From the human T2T-CHM13v2.0 reference genome, Homo sapiens, in assembly GCF_009914755.1 (NCBI RefSeq), contig NC_060939.1: a stretch of 64,000 nucleotides of DNA; one strand, 5' to 3'. The notes below the pieces were generated by a model. It worked only from the letters and a program-made list of their open reading frames with translations. It had not been told where the DNA came from and made no database searches. Made by a program: the position numbers and the translations under genes. Positions 19,074 through 33,957 of this stretch are shown here, in pieces. Every line of letters begins with the position of its first letter. Within the stretch, counting starts at the first letter, position 1.

Positions 19074-19585
19074 TAATTATAAGCTATTCCTATGAATTTA
19101 CATATCAGATCCCTTAAAAGGCTGTTTTTTAATCTGTGTGATGATGGTGTTGATTAAAACATATATAAAATTTCTTCCAGATCCATGATTTTATTTTATT
19201 AGAAAAAATTAACACACCTTCAGCAGTCACATTTTAAAATAACATTTAAACTATTATTTTTTCTATAGTGTACTAGGCTGAGAGCCTTAGAGATCTATAG
19301 ATATAAAATGAAATAGCAACTGTCCTTCATTCTGTCTTCAAGATATTTTTCCCCCAATGAAACTTTAGGGATATTTGTATCCATATCTCCATTGCAGGCC
19401 AGTAGAATAAGAAGAACAAAACTAATGACTTGCATGCAACTCCTAACACTTGAGGGTTTTAGACCTTTTACAAATAAGGGACAACAGGATTGGACCCATT
19501 TTAGGGACACAAAGTTACACTCAAGATAGAAAATGACTCAAGATATACCTTGGAAACCTTGCTAGTGCTAGGCCACACAGGGTGA

Positions 19586-19855
<270 letters not shown>

Positions 19856-20390
19856 TAAAGCACTAGGATTACAGACATGAGTCACTGCAACTGGCTGTCC
19901 TCAGCATCTTTATGAAAATGCATTGAGTAGGCATCAGTTGGGCACAGTGCTGAGAAAGGCACTAACAATAAAAATAAGGAATTAAAAGATTTCTCTCTGG
20001 CGTTATAAAGAAGGAAATGCTATTAAAAGAAGGAAAATATGTGATGTGTGTTTTCATCTGTATTAGCATAGACTATGTCTCAAAGCACATATATGCAACC
20101 GGTGCCTCTGGAGAGGGATATTGGGTGGGTAAAGCATAAGATGGCAGGGGGACTTCCTGTATATCCTTTTGTGTGTTTCATATTTTGTACTATGTAAATA
20201 TGTTCCACCTATAACATTTTTTAGTTTTTTAAAAAAGTCTATGTCATTTCCTTTAATTCTCACAATAATGCCTCGAGGAATGTATTGTTAATATCCCCTT
20301 TACCATGGCAGCTGTTTGATTAGGGCTCTTCCCACTTTAAGCTTATATCAAGGTTGGCTAAACTCATGGAAAAACATCAGAAGTCCCATC

Positions 20391-20582
20391 CAGGGTTAGA
20401 CCAAGAGTCCAGGGCCCCGATATTGGGATTTTTAGATCAAAATTGGACAAATTTATAGGCATATGACAGCTCTATGGGGTTTAAGGCCCTTTTAGTGGGG
20501 ACTCCTTCTGCCTAGACTATATCCTCCTGCCCCAGGCATCCTGAGAGCTGCTTCAGACTAGGATTATCTTGAGTCTAACCTG
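20391..20582. mobile_element. Candidate old hAT-type MITE
   Basis: Imperfect terminal inverted repeats CAGGGTTAGACCAAGA / TCTTGAGTCTAACCTG; degenerate 8-bp flanks GTCCCATC / GTCCCTTA. Confidence 0.4.
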
Positions 20583-21077
20583 GTCCCTTAGACCTCATTC
20601 CTAGAGAGGTGATGGTGATACATTTTATGGCAGGGCTGCTCATGTTGACCAAATCCACAAAAATAATCTGAAATCCCCTGAAGGGAGGTGGGACAATGAT
20701 GAAATGGAGTATATAAATCCTTCACAGAAAGTGATTCAGATCTTATGTTATTTTGCACTGGAATTTCCCAGTGGGCCTTGCTCACTCCTTGCCTTCTTCC
20801 CATTCTCTTCCTGCTTGAGTCCTCTATATCTTATTTTCCTTCCTTGACTAATAGCCAGGCTACACCCTCCAGGAACCCCAGAGCACAGATCCCTGTAACA
20901 TTTCTGTCCTTTGGCCATCCACTAACATTTGGCTTCATAAAATGTTAGTGACATATTACTGTGATACAGGTTTCCAAAACACACAATTCACTGATGCTAG
21001 GAGTGGACTCTTCAGTGGTAAGAGCACAGTCTAAATGTCTTACCTCTGTTGGAGTGCCTTTTGGATCTTTCTCTTAG

Positions 21078-21344
<267 letters not shown>

Positions 21345-22737
21345 TGAGGTGAAGTGCTGTTCCTCAAGAGTAAGGATAGAATCCTATTTATTGTGGTACT
21401 TCCAGCACCTAGCACAGTGCCAGGTACCTAGTGGGTGCTCAATAAATATTTGTCAAATGAAAAAATTTTTTCCTTGTTGTACATAGTATAGTGCTTTGCA
21501 TGCCAATACATTTTTAAATTGAAATTATTTGATCCAGGTCGAATGCAGCCAAAGGGTGGCAGGGCTGGAAACAGACCACAGATGTGTGGCCATCCTGACA
21601 AGGGCTCTCATTACCACACTGGAACTGTGCCTCTGGAAATGCCTACAATCATCTAGCCCCCTTGAGTTTGGAGTTTTTTGTTGGTTTGTTTTGTTTTTTT
21701 TGATGGAGTCTTGCTCTGTCGCCCAGGCTGGAGTGCAGTGGTGTGATCTCGGCTCACTGCAATGCTATGTTGCCCAGGCTGCAGTGCAGTGGCACAATCA
21801 TGGCTCACTGCAGCCTCAACCTCCTGGATTCAAGTGATCCTCCCATCTCAGCCTCCCAAATCACTAGGACCAAAGGTGCACACCACCACACCCAGCTAAT
21901 TTTTTTTTAAATTTTTAGTAGAAATGAGGTCTCACTATGTTGCCCAGGCTGGCCCCCTTGACATTGAATGCAGTTTAATCATGGAGCTTTCCGTGCCTAC
22001 ATCCTTTTCTTAGCCCACTGCCTTATTCCAGAAAGGAATGATAATTGGATTTGAAGGTGCATGGCCAACTTTCAATTAACCCTAGAACTAGAAAGAAGCA
22101 GTGATGCGAATAATCTAAGAGTCACTGTGTTTGGCCAGTGGTGTTCCTCCCCGGTAGTAGCTGACTGACTTATTTTCCTAAAGAAAGTTTGCTTAGGGGA
22201 GTATTAAAAATCCATTAACCTTCCTTGAGTTTACATTAGCCAGACAGTGGCAGGAGGCCAGGGGAAAGATAAAGCATTGTTCAGAGCCAATAAGTGAACA
22301 TACAAGTAACTATGAAGTGATTATAGCTCTAACCATGAAGACAAAGGTCAAAGAAATAGTGATTCTTCCCATTGTGATAAACGATGTTATGTAATATAAG
22401 AATGTTCCAAAAATGAGAAAGATTCTTTGCATTCTAGGTGCAAAAGATTAAATACTTGATGTTCTTGTCAGAGATCTTTTAGTTGCAAGGAAGAGAACGC
22501 CAAGTAGCTCAAGAGTGAGGAGTTTATCATCTTTACAAGCACCTAGAAGTAAATTTAACTATAGCAATGGTCAAATGGGCTAGAATGCCTTATTAGGAAC
22601 CAAAGCTACCTGTTGATCTCTCAGGACCCACCCTTCTCTCAACCCTTTTCCTGCATCTGCTTCATTCTCCTGTTATTTCCAATTCGTTCTCTTAGTGTTC
22701 CAGTGTTCCCAAAGAGAAAATTTGGTTGGCCCAGCTA

Positions 22738-23125
<388 letters not shown>

Positions 23126-23565
23126 CTAATCCATAGACGATCAAAGCTCCGTCTTTGAGCAGGTGCTAGGGAGGGGAACAGATTCACTTAGAAAAGGATA
23201 TGGGACAGGCAATGACTGTCATTTATTTATTGTAAAAGCAACATGTATTTATTTTGAAAAATTTAAACACCACAATATTGTGTGTAGAAAGTATGACTCT
23301 CAGTTCACCAACTCAGCTATGTAGAAATTACAAGTGTTTTCTACAACAAATTAATTTCTAACTTCATGACCCAAGTCCCCAATCTGCTGGGCTACAGGGA
23401 AATGTCACCACAGTCCTTCCTGATGTTTACGCATTTCCCAGGGCTTATTTCGCACTCTTGAGCCCTTTATGGTGCCAAGAGGCCATATAGAAGCCTGAAA
23501 GATAAAGACTACCATCACTTTAGCACATATATCTGTTTATGTATGTATGACATAGTATGCATGGT

Positions 23566-26012
<2,447 letters not shown>

Positions 26013-26385
26013 AGTGCAATATGACATATTTTGTAAAGGGAGAAACAGAATGATCATCATTTGCAGATGATAGGATGTTTACCTAGAAAATCTAAGAGAA
26101 ATTGGCCAATAGAATGATTAGAATTTAAATAATTCAGTCAAATGATCAGATAAAAGGTAAATACATTGAAAAAATAATTTATTCATTAGCAATAACAAAT
26201 CAGAAAATAAAGTGAAAAAATGTGATTCAGAAAGCAAGTAGGTTAATGTATATAAAGCACCTAGCACAGTTCCTGGTAGATGGGAGGTTATAGAAATAAG
26301 CTGTAATAATCTTAGTTATTGATTTTATAGATTTTAGGGATGAAATTACTGAGACAAAAGATGCAAACATTTTTAAGCTTCTTGA

Positions 26386-27034
<649 letters not shown>

Positions 27035-27824
27035 CATGCATATAGAAAAATTGTGCATACAGAAAGCTGGTCATCAGTGTACAGATCGAGAATGAAACTT
27101 TATAGTACTCCAAGAGCTCTTCGCATGTCTCCTTCCAATACCTAGCCATCTTCCTCCCCAGAGTGTTTCTGACTTCTAACAACACAGATTAGTTTTGCCT
27201 GTTTTGCACTTCATATGAATAGAATCATACATGTGTACTCTTTTGTGTTTGGATTCTTTTGCTCAGCATTATATAGAAAAGATTCATCCCTCTTTGCTCA
27301 GGTGGTTGTAGATTACTCGTATTGCTGTATAGTATTTCATTGTATAACTAGACTGCAATCTTCCATTCTTCTGTTGATGGGCATTTGGGTAGTTTTGAAT
27401 TTGGGGCTATTATGGAGTGCTGCTGTGAGCATGCTGATACATGTCCTTTGGGGGCCATATGGAACATTTTGAACCCAGCACTGCTATGGTATCTTGAAGA
27501 GCAGTGGCTTTTAGCACATTGGCTTATAGTCTTCTGGGCTATAGATACTGGCATATTCATAGTGGGCCCTGTCAGCAGTGGCAGTGGTATAGCAGCACCC
27601 TTAAATGGCTTCATGAGTAGAGGACATTGAAAAGAGGGAACCAGAGCCAAAAAGGGAGAAAAAGATGGACGCTGTATGAAGGACCATGACTGACAGACTG
27701 GTTCATGAGCCTATTGAGACAAACCTGGCATGAACTCCAGGCTACTGGCTACTGATAGGGATATAATTTTAAATTATAACCACAACCAATAGAGTTCTAG
27801 AGACATCTGAGTTGCCCCCTTTTT

Positions 27825-28550
27825 AAATTTTTATTTTAAGTTCAGGGGTACATGTGCAGATTTGTTATATAGGTAAACCCATGTCATGGGGGTTTGTTGT
27901 ACAGATTTCATCACCCAGGTATTAAGCCTAGTACTTATTCGTTATTTGTCCTGACTCTCTCCCTTCTCCCACCCCCCACCCTCCGATAGGCCCCAGTGTC
28001 TGTTGTTCCCCTCTATGTGTCCATGTTCCCACTGATAAGTAGGAACATGCAGTATTTGGTTTTCTGTTCCTGCATTAGTTTGCTAAGGATAATGGCCTCC
28101 AGCTCCACCCATCTTCCTGCAAAGCACATGATCTTGTTCTTTTTATAGCTGCATAGTATTCCATGGTGGATATGTGCCACATTTTCTTTATCCAGTCTAC
28201 GATTGGTGGGAATTTATGTTGATTCCATGTCTTTGCTATTGTGAATAGTGCTTCAGTGAACATACATGTGCATGTGTCTCTATGATAGAATGATTTCTAT
28301 CCCTTTGGGCATATACCCAAAAATGGGATTGCTGGGTCAAATGGTAGTTCTTTCTGTCTTCATGTCTTTGAGGAATCATCACACTGCTTTCCACAATGTT
28401 TGAATTAATAATTTACACTCCCATCAACAGTGTATGTGTTCCTTTTTCTCCACAACCTCGCCACAGTCTGTTATTTTTTTGACTTTTTATAGTAGCCATT
28501 CTGACTGGTGTGAGATGGTATCTCATTGTGGTTTTAATTTCTCTAATGAT
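27825..28550 (-). mobile_element. Old L1PA (approx. L1PA12-16) 3' segment; non-inverted part of a 5'-inverted L1
   Basis: T-rich tail near 27825; ORF2 C-terminal peptides ([23 protein letters not shown]) on the minus strand. Confidence 0.88.
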
Positions 28551-28553
28551 CTG

Positions 28554-30987
28554 CCCCTCTTTCCATGGTCTCCCTCTCCCTCTCCCTCTCTTTCCACGGT
28601 CTCCCTCTCCCTCTCCCTCTCCCCTCTTTCCACGGTCTCCCTCTCCCTCTCCCCTCTTTCCACGGTCTCCCTCTCCCTCTCTTTCCACAGTCTCCCTCTC
28701 ATGCCGAGCCGAAGCTGGACTGTGCTGCTGCCATCTCGGCTCACTGCAACCTCCCTGCCTGATTCTCCTGCCTCAGCCTGCCGAGTGCCTGCAATTGCAG
28801 GCGCGCGCCGCCACGCCTGACTGGTTTTCGTATTTTTTTGGTGGAGACGGGGTTTCGCTGTGATGGCCGGGCTGGTCTCCAGCTCCTGACCGCGAGTGAT
28901 CCGCCAGCCTCGGCCTCCCGAGGTGCCGGGATTGCAGACGGAGTCTCGTTAACTCAGTGCTCAATGGTGCCCAGGCTGGAGTGCAGTGGCGTGATCTCGG
29001 CTCGCTACAACCTCCACCTCCCAGCCGCCTGCCTTGGCCTCCCAAAGTGCCGAGATTGCAGCCTCTGCCCGGCCGCCACCCCGTCTGGGAAGTGAGGAGC
29101 GTCTCTGCCTGGCCGCCCATCGTCCGGGATGTGAGGAGCCCCTCTGCCTGGCTGCCCAGTCTGGAAAGTGAGGAGTGTCTCTGCCCGGCCGCCATCACAC
29201 CTAGGAAGTGAGGAGCGCCTCTTCCCGGCCGCTATCCCATCTAGGAAGTGAGGAGCGTCTCTGCCCGGCCGCCCATCGTCTGAGATGTGGGGAGCGCCTC
29301 TGCCCTGCTGCCCCGTCTGGGATGTGAGGAGCGCCTCGGCCTGGCCGCGACCCTGTCTGGGAGGTGAGGAGCGTCTCTGCCCGGCTGCCCTGTCTGAGAA
29401 GTGAGGAGACCCCCCGCCTGGCAACCGCCCCGTCTGAGAAGTGAGGAGCCCCTCCGCCCTGCTGCCACCCCGTCTGGGAAGTGAGGAGCGTCTCCGCCCA
29501 GCAGCCACCCTGTCCGGGAGGGAGGTGGGGGTCAGCCCCCGCCAGGCCAGCCGCCCCGTCCGGGAGGGAGGTGGGGGGTCAGCCCCCCACCCGGCCAGCC
29601 GCCCCGTCCGGGAGGTGAGGGGCGCCTCTGCCCGGCCGCCCCTACTGGGAAGTGAGGAGCCCCTCTGCCCGGCCAGCCGCCCCGTCTGGGAGGGAGGTGG
29701 GGGAGTCAGCCCCCCGCCCGGCCAGCCGCCCCATCCGGGAGGGAGGTGGGGGGGTCAGCCCCCCGCCCGGCCAGCCGCCCCGTCTGGGAGGTGAGGGGCG
29801 CCTCTGCCTGGCCGCCCCTACTGGGAAGTGAGGAGCCCCTCTGCCCGGCCAGCCGCCCCATCCGGGAGGGAGGTGGGGGAGTCAGCCCCCCGCCCGGCCA
29901 GCCGCCCCGTCCGGGAGGGAGGTGGGGGGGTCAGCCCCCCACCCGGCCAGCCGCCCCGTCCGGGAGGTGAGGGGCGCCTCTGCCTGGCCGCCCCTACTGG
30001 GAAGTGAGGAGCCCCTCTGCCCGGCCAGCCGCCCCATCCGGGAGGGAGGTGGGGGAGTCAGCCCCCCGCCCGGCCAGCCGCCCCGTCCGGGAGGGAGGTG
30101 GGGGGGTCAGCCCCCCACCCGGCCAGCCGCCCCGTCCGGGAGGTGAGGGGCGCCTCTGCCCGGCCGCCCCTACTGGGAAGTGAGGAGCCCTTCTGCCCGG
30201 CCAGCAGCCCCGTCCGGGAGGGAGGTGGGGGGTCAGCCCCCTGCCCGGCCAGCCGCCCCGTCCGGGAGGTGAGGGGCGCCTCTGCCCGGCCGCCCCTACT
30301 GGGAAGTGAGGAGCCCCTCTGTCCGGCCAGCCGCCCCGTCCGGGAGGGAGGTGGGGGGTCAGCCCCCCGCCCGGCCAGCCGCCCCGTCCGGGAGGTGAGG
30401 GGCGCCTCTGCCTGGCCGCCCCTACTGGGAAGTGAGGAGCCCCTCTGCCCGGCCACCACCCCGTCTGGGAGGTGTACCCAACAGCTCATTGAGAACGGGC
30501 CATGATGACAATGGCGGTTTTGTGGAATAGAAAAGGGGGAAAGGTGAGAAAAAGAATGAGAAATCGGATGGTTGCTGTGTCTGTGTAGAAAGAAGTAGAC
30601 ATGGGAGACTTTTCATTTTGTTCTGTACTAAGAAAAATTCTTCTGCCTTGGGATCCTGTTGATCTATGACCTTACCCCCAACCCTGTGCTCTCTGAAACA
30701 TGTGCTGTGTCCACTCAGGGTTAAATGGATTAAGGGCGGTGCAAGATGTGCTTTGTTAAACAGACGCTTGAAGGCAGCATGTTCGTTAAGAGTCATCACC
30801 ACTCCCTAATCTCAAGTACCCAGGGACACAAACACTCTGCCTAGGAAAACCAGAGACCTTTGTTCACTTGTTTATCTGCTGACCTTCCCTCCACTATTGT
30901 CCTATGACCCTGCCAAATCCCCCTCTGCGAGAAACACCCAAGAATGATCAATAAAAAAATAAAAAAATTAAAAAAAAAATACAAAGA
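28554..30987 (+). mobile_element. Full-length SVA retrotransposon (probably SVA_D)
   Basis: CCCTCT hexamer head 28554-28700; Alu-like region; GC-rich VNTR about 29060-30470; SINE-R; AATAAA at 30950-30955; A-tail; 20-bp direct repeat TTAATTTCTCTAATGATCTG at 28534-28553 and 30988-31007. Confidence 0.98.
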
Positions 30988-31004
30988 TTAATTTCTCTAA
31001 TGAT

Positions 31005-31320
31005 CTGAACATAGAAACCAGCAAAGATTTCATGATGAAGATGCAAAAAGCAATTGCAACAAAAGCAAAAATTGACAAATGGGATCTAATTAAACTAAAG
31101 AGCTTCTGCATAGCAAAAGAAACTATCAATAGCGTACACAGAAAACCTACAGAAAGGGAAAATTTTTTTGCAAACTATGCATCTGACAAAGGTCTAATAT
31201 CCAGCATCTGTAAGGAACTCAAATAAATTTACAAGAAAAAGACAAATAACCCCATTAAAAAGTGGGCAAAGGGCATGAACACTTTTCAAAAGAAGAAACA
31301 CATGTGGCCAACAAGCATAT
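31005..31320 (+). mobile_element. Inverted 5' segment of the same old L1PA (ORF2 fragment)
   Basis: [21 protein letters not shown] peptide on the plus strand; nearly contiguous in L1 coordinates with 27825-28550; outer degenerate TSD TGAGTT(GC)CCCCTTTTT at about 27808-27824 and 31320-31335. Confidence 0.85.
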
Positions 31321-31631
31321 GAGTTCCCCTTTTTTTATTTGCTATGAGGGAACTGTGTCTTATTTATTTTTGTGTCCCAGAAGCTAGCACAAAGCCTGAC
31401 ACACAGCCACTGCTAACAAAATGTTTGTGGATTTATTTAATAAAAGAGTTGGGAGTAGGTGGAGAATGGAGGGTGGGGAGCATCACACATACATGCACAT
31501 GCTTAAAATGTGGTGATTTCTTCCTGATCTGACCAGATCAAAAATATAAAACAGAAACAGGATCTATGCCATGGGTCCTGGCCCTTTTTGCTTCTGCCAG
31601 CATGTGTGAGGAGATGCAGAGACAAATTCCG

Positions 31632-31655
31632 TGGCAGTTAGAGAACTAACTGCCA
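31632..31655. promoter_or_regulatory. Perfect inverted pair of MYB/A-MYB-type motifs directly 5' of the TMEM202 ATG
   Basis: TGGCAGTTAG-AGAA-CTAACTGCCA; each arm contains the MYB core YAACKG (TAACTG). Confidence 0.55.
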
Positions 31656-31657
31656 AG

Positions 31658-31738
31658 ATGGAGCGAAGGGAACATTTAACCTTGACTTTCCACAGTCCTG
31701 AGGTTCCCAAAATAAAGGGGAACCGGAAATACCAAAGG
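31658..31738 (+). CDS. TMEM202: Transmembrane protein 202, coding exon 1
   Basis: ATG in AAGATGG (good Kozak); MERREHLTLTFHSPEVPKIKGNRKYQR; donor AGG|GTGAGG, phase 0. Confidence 0.93.
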
Positions 31739-31983
31739 GTGAGGAGGTATCTAATTGAAAGTCAGATGGGAAGAAGAGAACTTACTTAAAGGCAGGGCTA
31801 CACAGAGCATCCTAAAGACAGAAAAGATCACCCTGAAAATTGTGGGGTTTTTTTTTTTTAGGAGTAGGGAAAAATATCTATAAATCAAACACACATGGGA
31901 ATGCTTGAGGTAGAGAAGAGCGGGTGACCCTGGGGATCAGGGGTTATTCTTTCGGGTAGGCAATATTTCCCTCATCCTTGTAG

Positions 31984-32239
31984 CCTACCGTCCCTGCCAA
32001 GAAACATCCAAGTGCCTCGATGTCATGCCAAAGGCAGCAGCAGCTTATGGATCAGGCACACATCTACATCCGAACGCTCTGTGGCAGCCTCTGTAGTTTT
32101 AGCCTCCTAATGCTGATCGCCATGTCCCCACTGAACTGGGTACAGTTTCTGGTGATCAAGAATGGCCTTGAGCTCTACGCAGGACTCTGGACCTTATGCA
32201 ACCATGAGCTGTGCTGGAGCCACACACCCAAGCCACCCT
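31984..32239 (+). CDS. TMEM202: Transmembrane protein 202, exon 2
   Basis: Acceptor TTTCCCTCATCCTTGTAG; PTVPAKKHPSASMSCQ...TM1...NWVQF...YAGLWTLCNHELCWSHTPKPP (claudin/PMP22 W-GLW-C-C signature); donor T|GTGAGT, phase 1. Confidence 0.95.
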
Positions 32240-33957
32240 GTGAGTGCCACCGAATTAAATGCCACAGGCCCCACACAATTGCAGAGCTTTCTGCTCACAC
32301 AAATTGGCCCTTCATGTTTCTTCCTCCAAGATCTTTTGGCCTTCACCTCTCCAAGTGCAGGATGGATCTTTCTTTGGTATCCTCAGTGTGCCCTTTCTCT
32401 CTCCTATTCCAGGTTGTTTCCTGTCCTAAATAATGGGTTATACTCTCTTTATGGGAAGAACTGTTTTTGTTTGTTGGTTGGTTTTTCGAGACAGGCTCTT
32501 GCTCTAACGCCTAGCCGAAGTGCAAAAGCACTATCATTGCTCACTGCAGCCTCCACCTCCAGGACTCAAGCAATCTTCCTGTTCAACCTCCTGAGTAGGT
32601 GGAACTACAGATGTGTGCCAACACTCCTGGCTAATTTTTAATTTTTTTAAATTTTTTTTTCTTTTGTAGAGACAAGTTCTCATTATATTTCCCAGGCTGG
32701 TCTCAAAGTCCTGGCCTCAAGTGATCCTCCCAAAGTACCAGGACTATAGGTGTAAGCCACCATGCCTGCCCTAGGAATAACTCATTTACAAGGTGTTACT
32801 GCTAAGCAATGTGATTGGTATTCTAATGTGGCTTGCAGAATTAGAAGAGAAGTGATTGATCATAGCTGGAAGATAAAGCAAATATCTTAACCTCTATTAG
32901 ATTTAACTTTCAAGGTCAGCTTGTTCTTCTCCTAGCAGTGGAATAGAACTTAAATGTACGTTAGATATGTGGTATAACAAATGCCAGCTATGAAGATAAT
33001 GTTATTTATGTCAAATTTTATGTGAATTTAAATAAATCTGAAAGTGCAACACAAAATATTTTAAAATAAGTTTTTGGGGCTAAAAATAACATATGCATGA
33101 ATTTTTCAATCAAACCAAAAACTTAGAGGAAAGATATCATTACACTGACAGTTTTCCCATAACCCGCAAGATATACATTTACACAAAGAAGTGGGTATTG
33201 TGAAAGAAAACATATGTGAGTAAAGCATCTATTCTCATCACATAAGCAGGGGTCCCATCTATTCTCCTCACATAAGCAGGAGGGGAGCACCTGTGCCCAA
33301 CTCTGAGGTACAGCATCAGTTGTTTGGCCATGGGCTGTGACATTTGATATTAAGGGACAGTATCCTGCATGATCTTGAGAAGAAACTAAAATCAAAGGCA
33401 GACAGACAATTCAACTGCATAAAACGAAAACTAGAGAAAATATTTGCAACAATTATGAAAGATAAAGGTTAATGGCCTTAATATAGTAAAAGGATACACA
33501 AAGTATTACAAAGACACAAACTCAAATAAATAAGTTCTTTTTGAACAGACATGCACAAAAGAAGAACTATAACTATCTAATAAACATAGGAAAAATAATT
33601 TAACCTCAATCATTAAAGAAAGGTAAATCAAATGAATAACAAGATGTAACTTTTCAACCACCATATTAACAGATTTTTAAATGATAATGCAACTGCTATC
33701 ACTCCCATACGCATTCCTGTACATGCCATGCAAATTGGTATAACTAAAGCAATATGATTAGGTGTATCCAGAGACTTAAAAATGTTCATCTCCTTTGAGT
33801 AAATAATTCCATTTCTAGAAATTAATTCCAAGGAAATAACTAGAAATGGATTAAAAGGTTTAGGCAAAAAGATTAAGCTGCAATCATATTTATGTAACTG
33901 GGTGCCCAGGCTAAAATTTCATCCTTAAGATTATTATTTAAATTTTTAATAAATTAG

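Noticed and set aside
28413-30802. Many overlapping ORFs and regularly spaced repeats resembling a CRISPR array or repeat protein
   Set aside because: All derive from the SVA hexamer, VNTR and SINE-R; there are no unique spacers and no cas genes; human context
32240-32433. Extension of the 137-aa ORF beyond TMEM202 exon 2
   Set aside because: Intronic; the donor at 32239/32240 and phase match to exon 3 explain the real CDS
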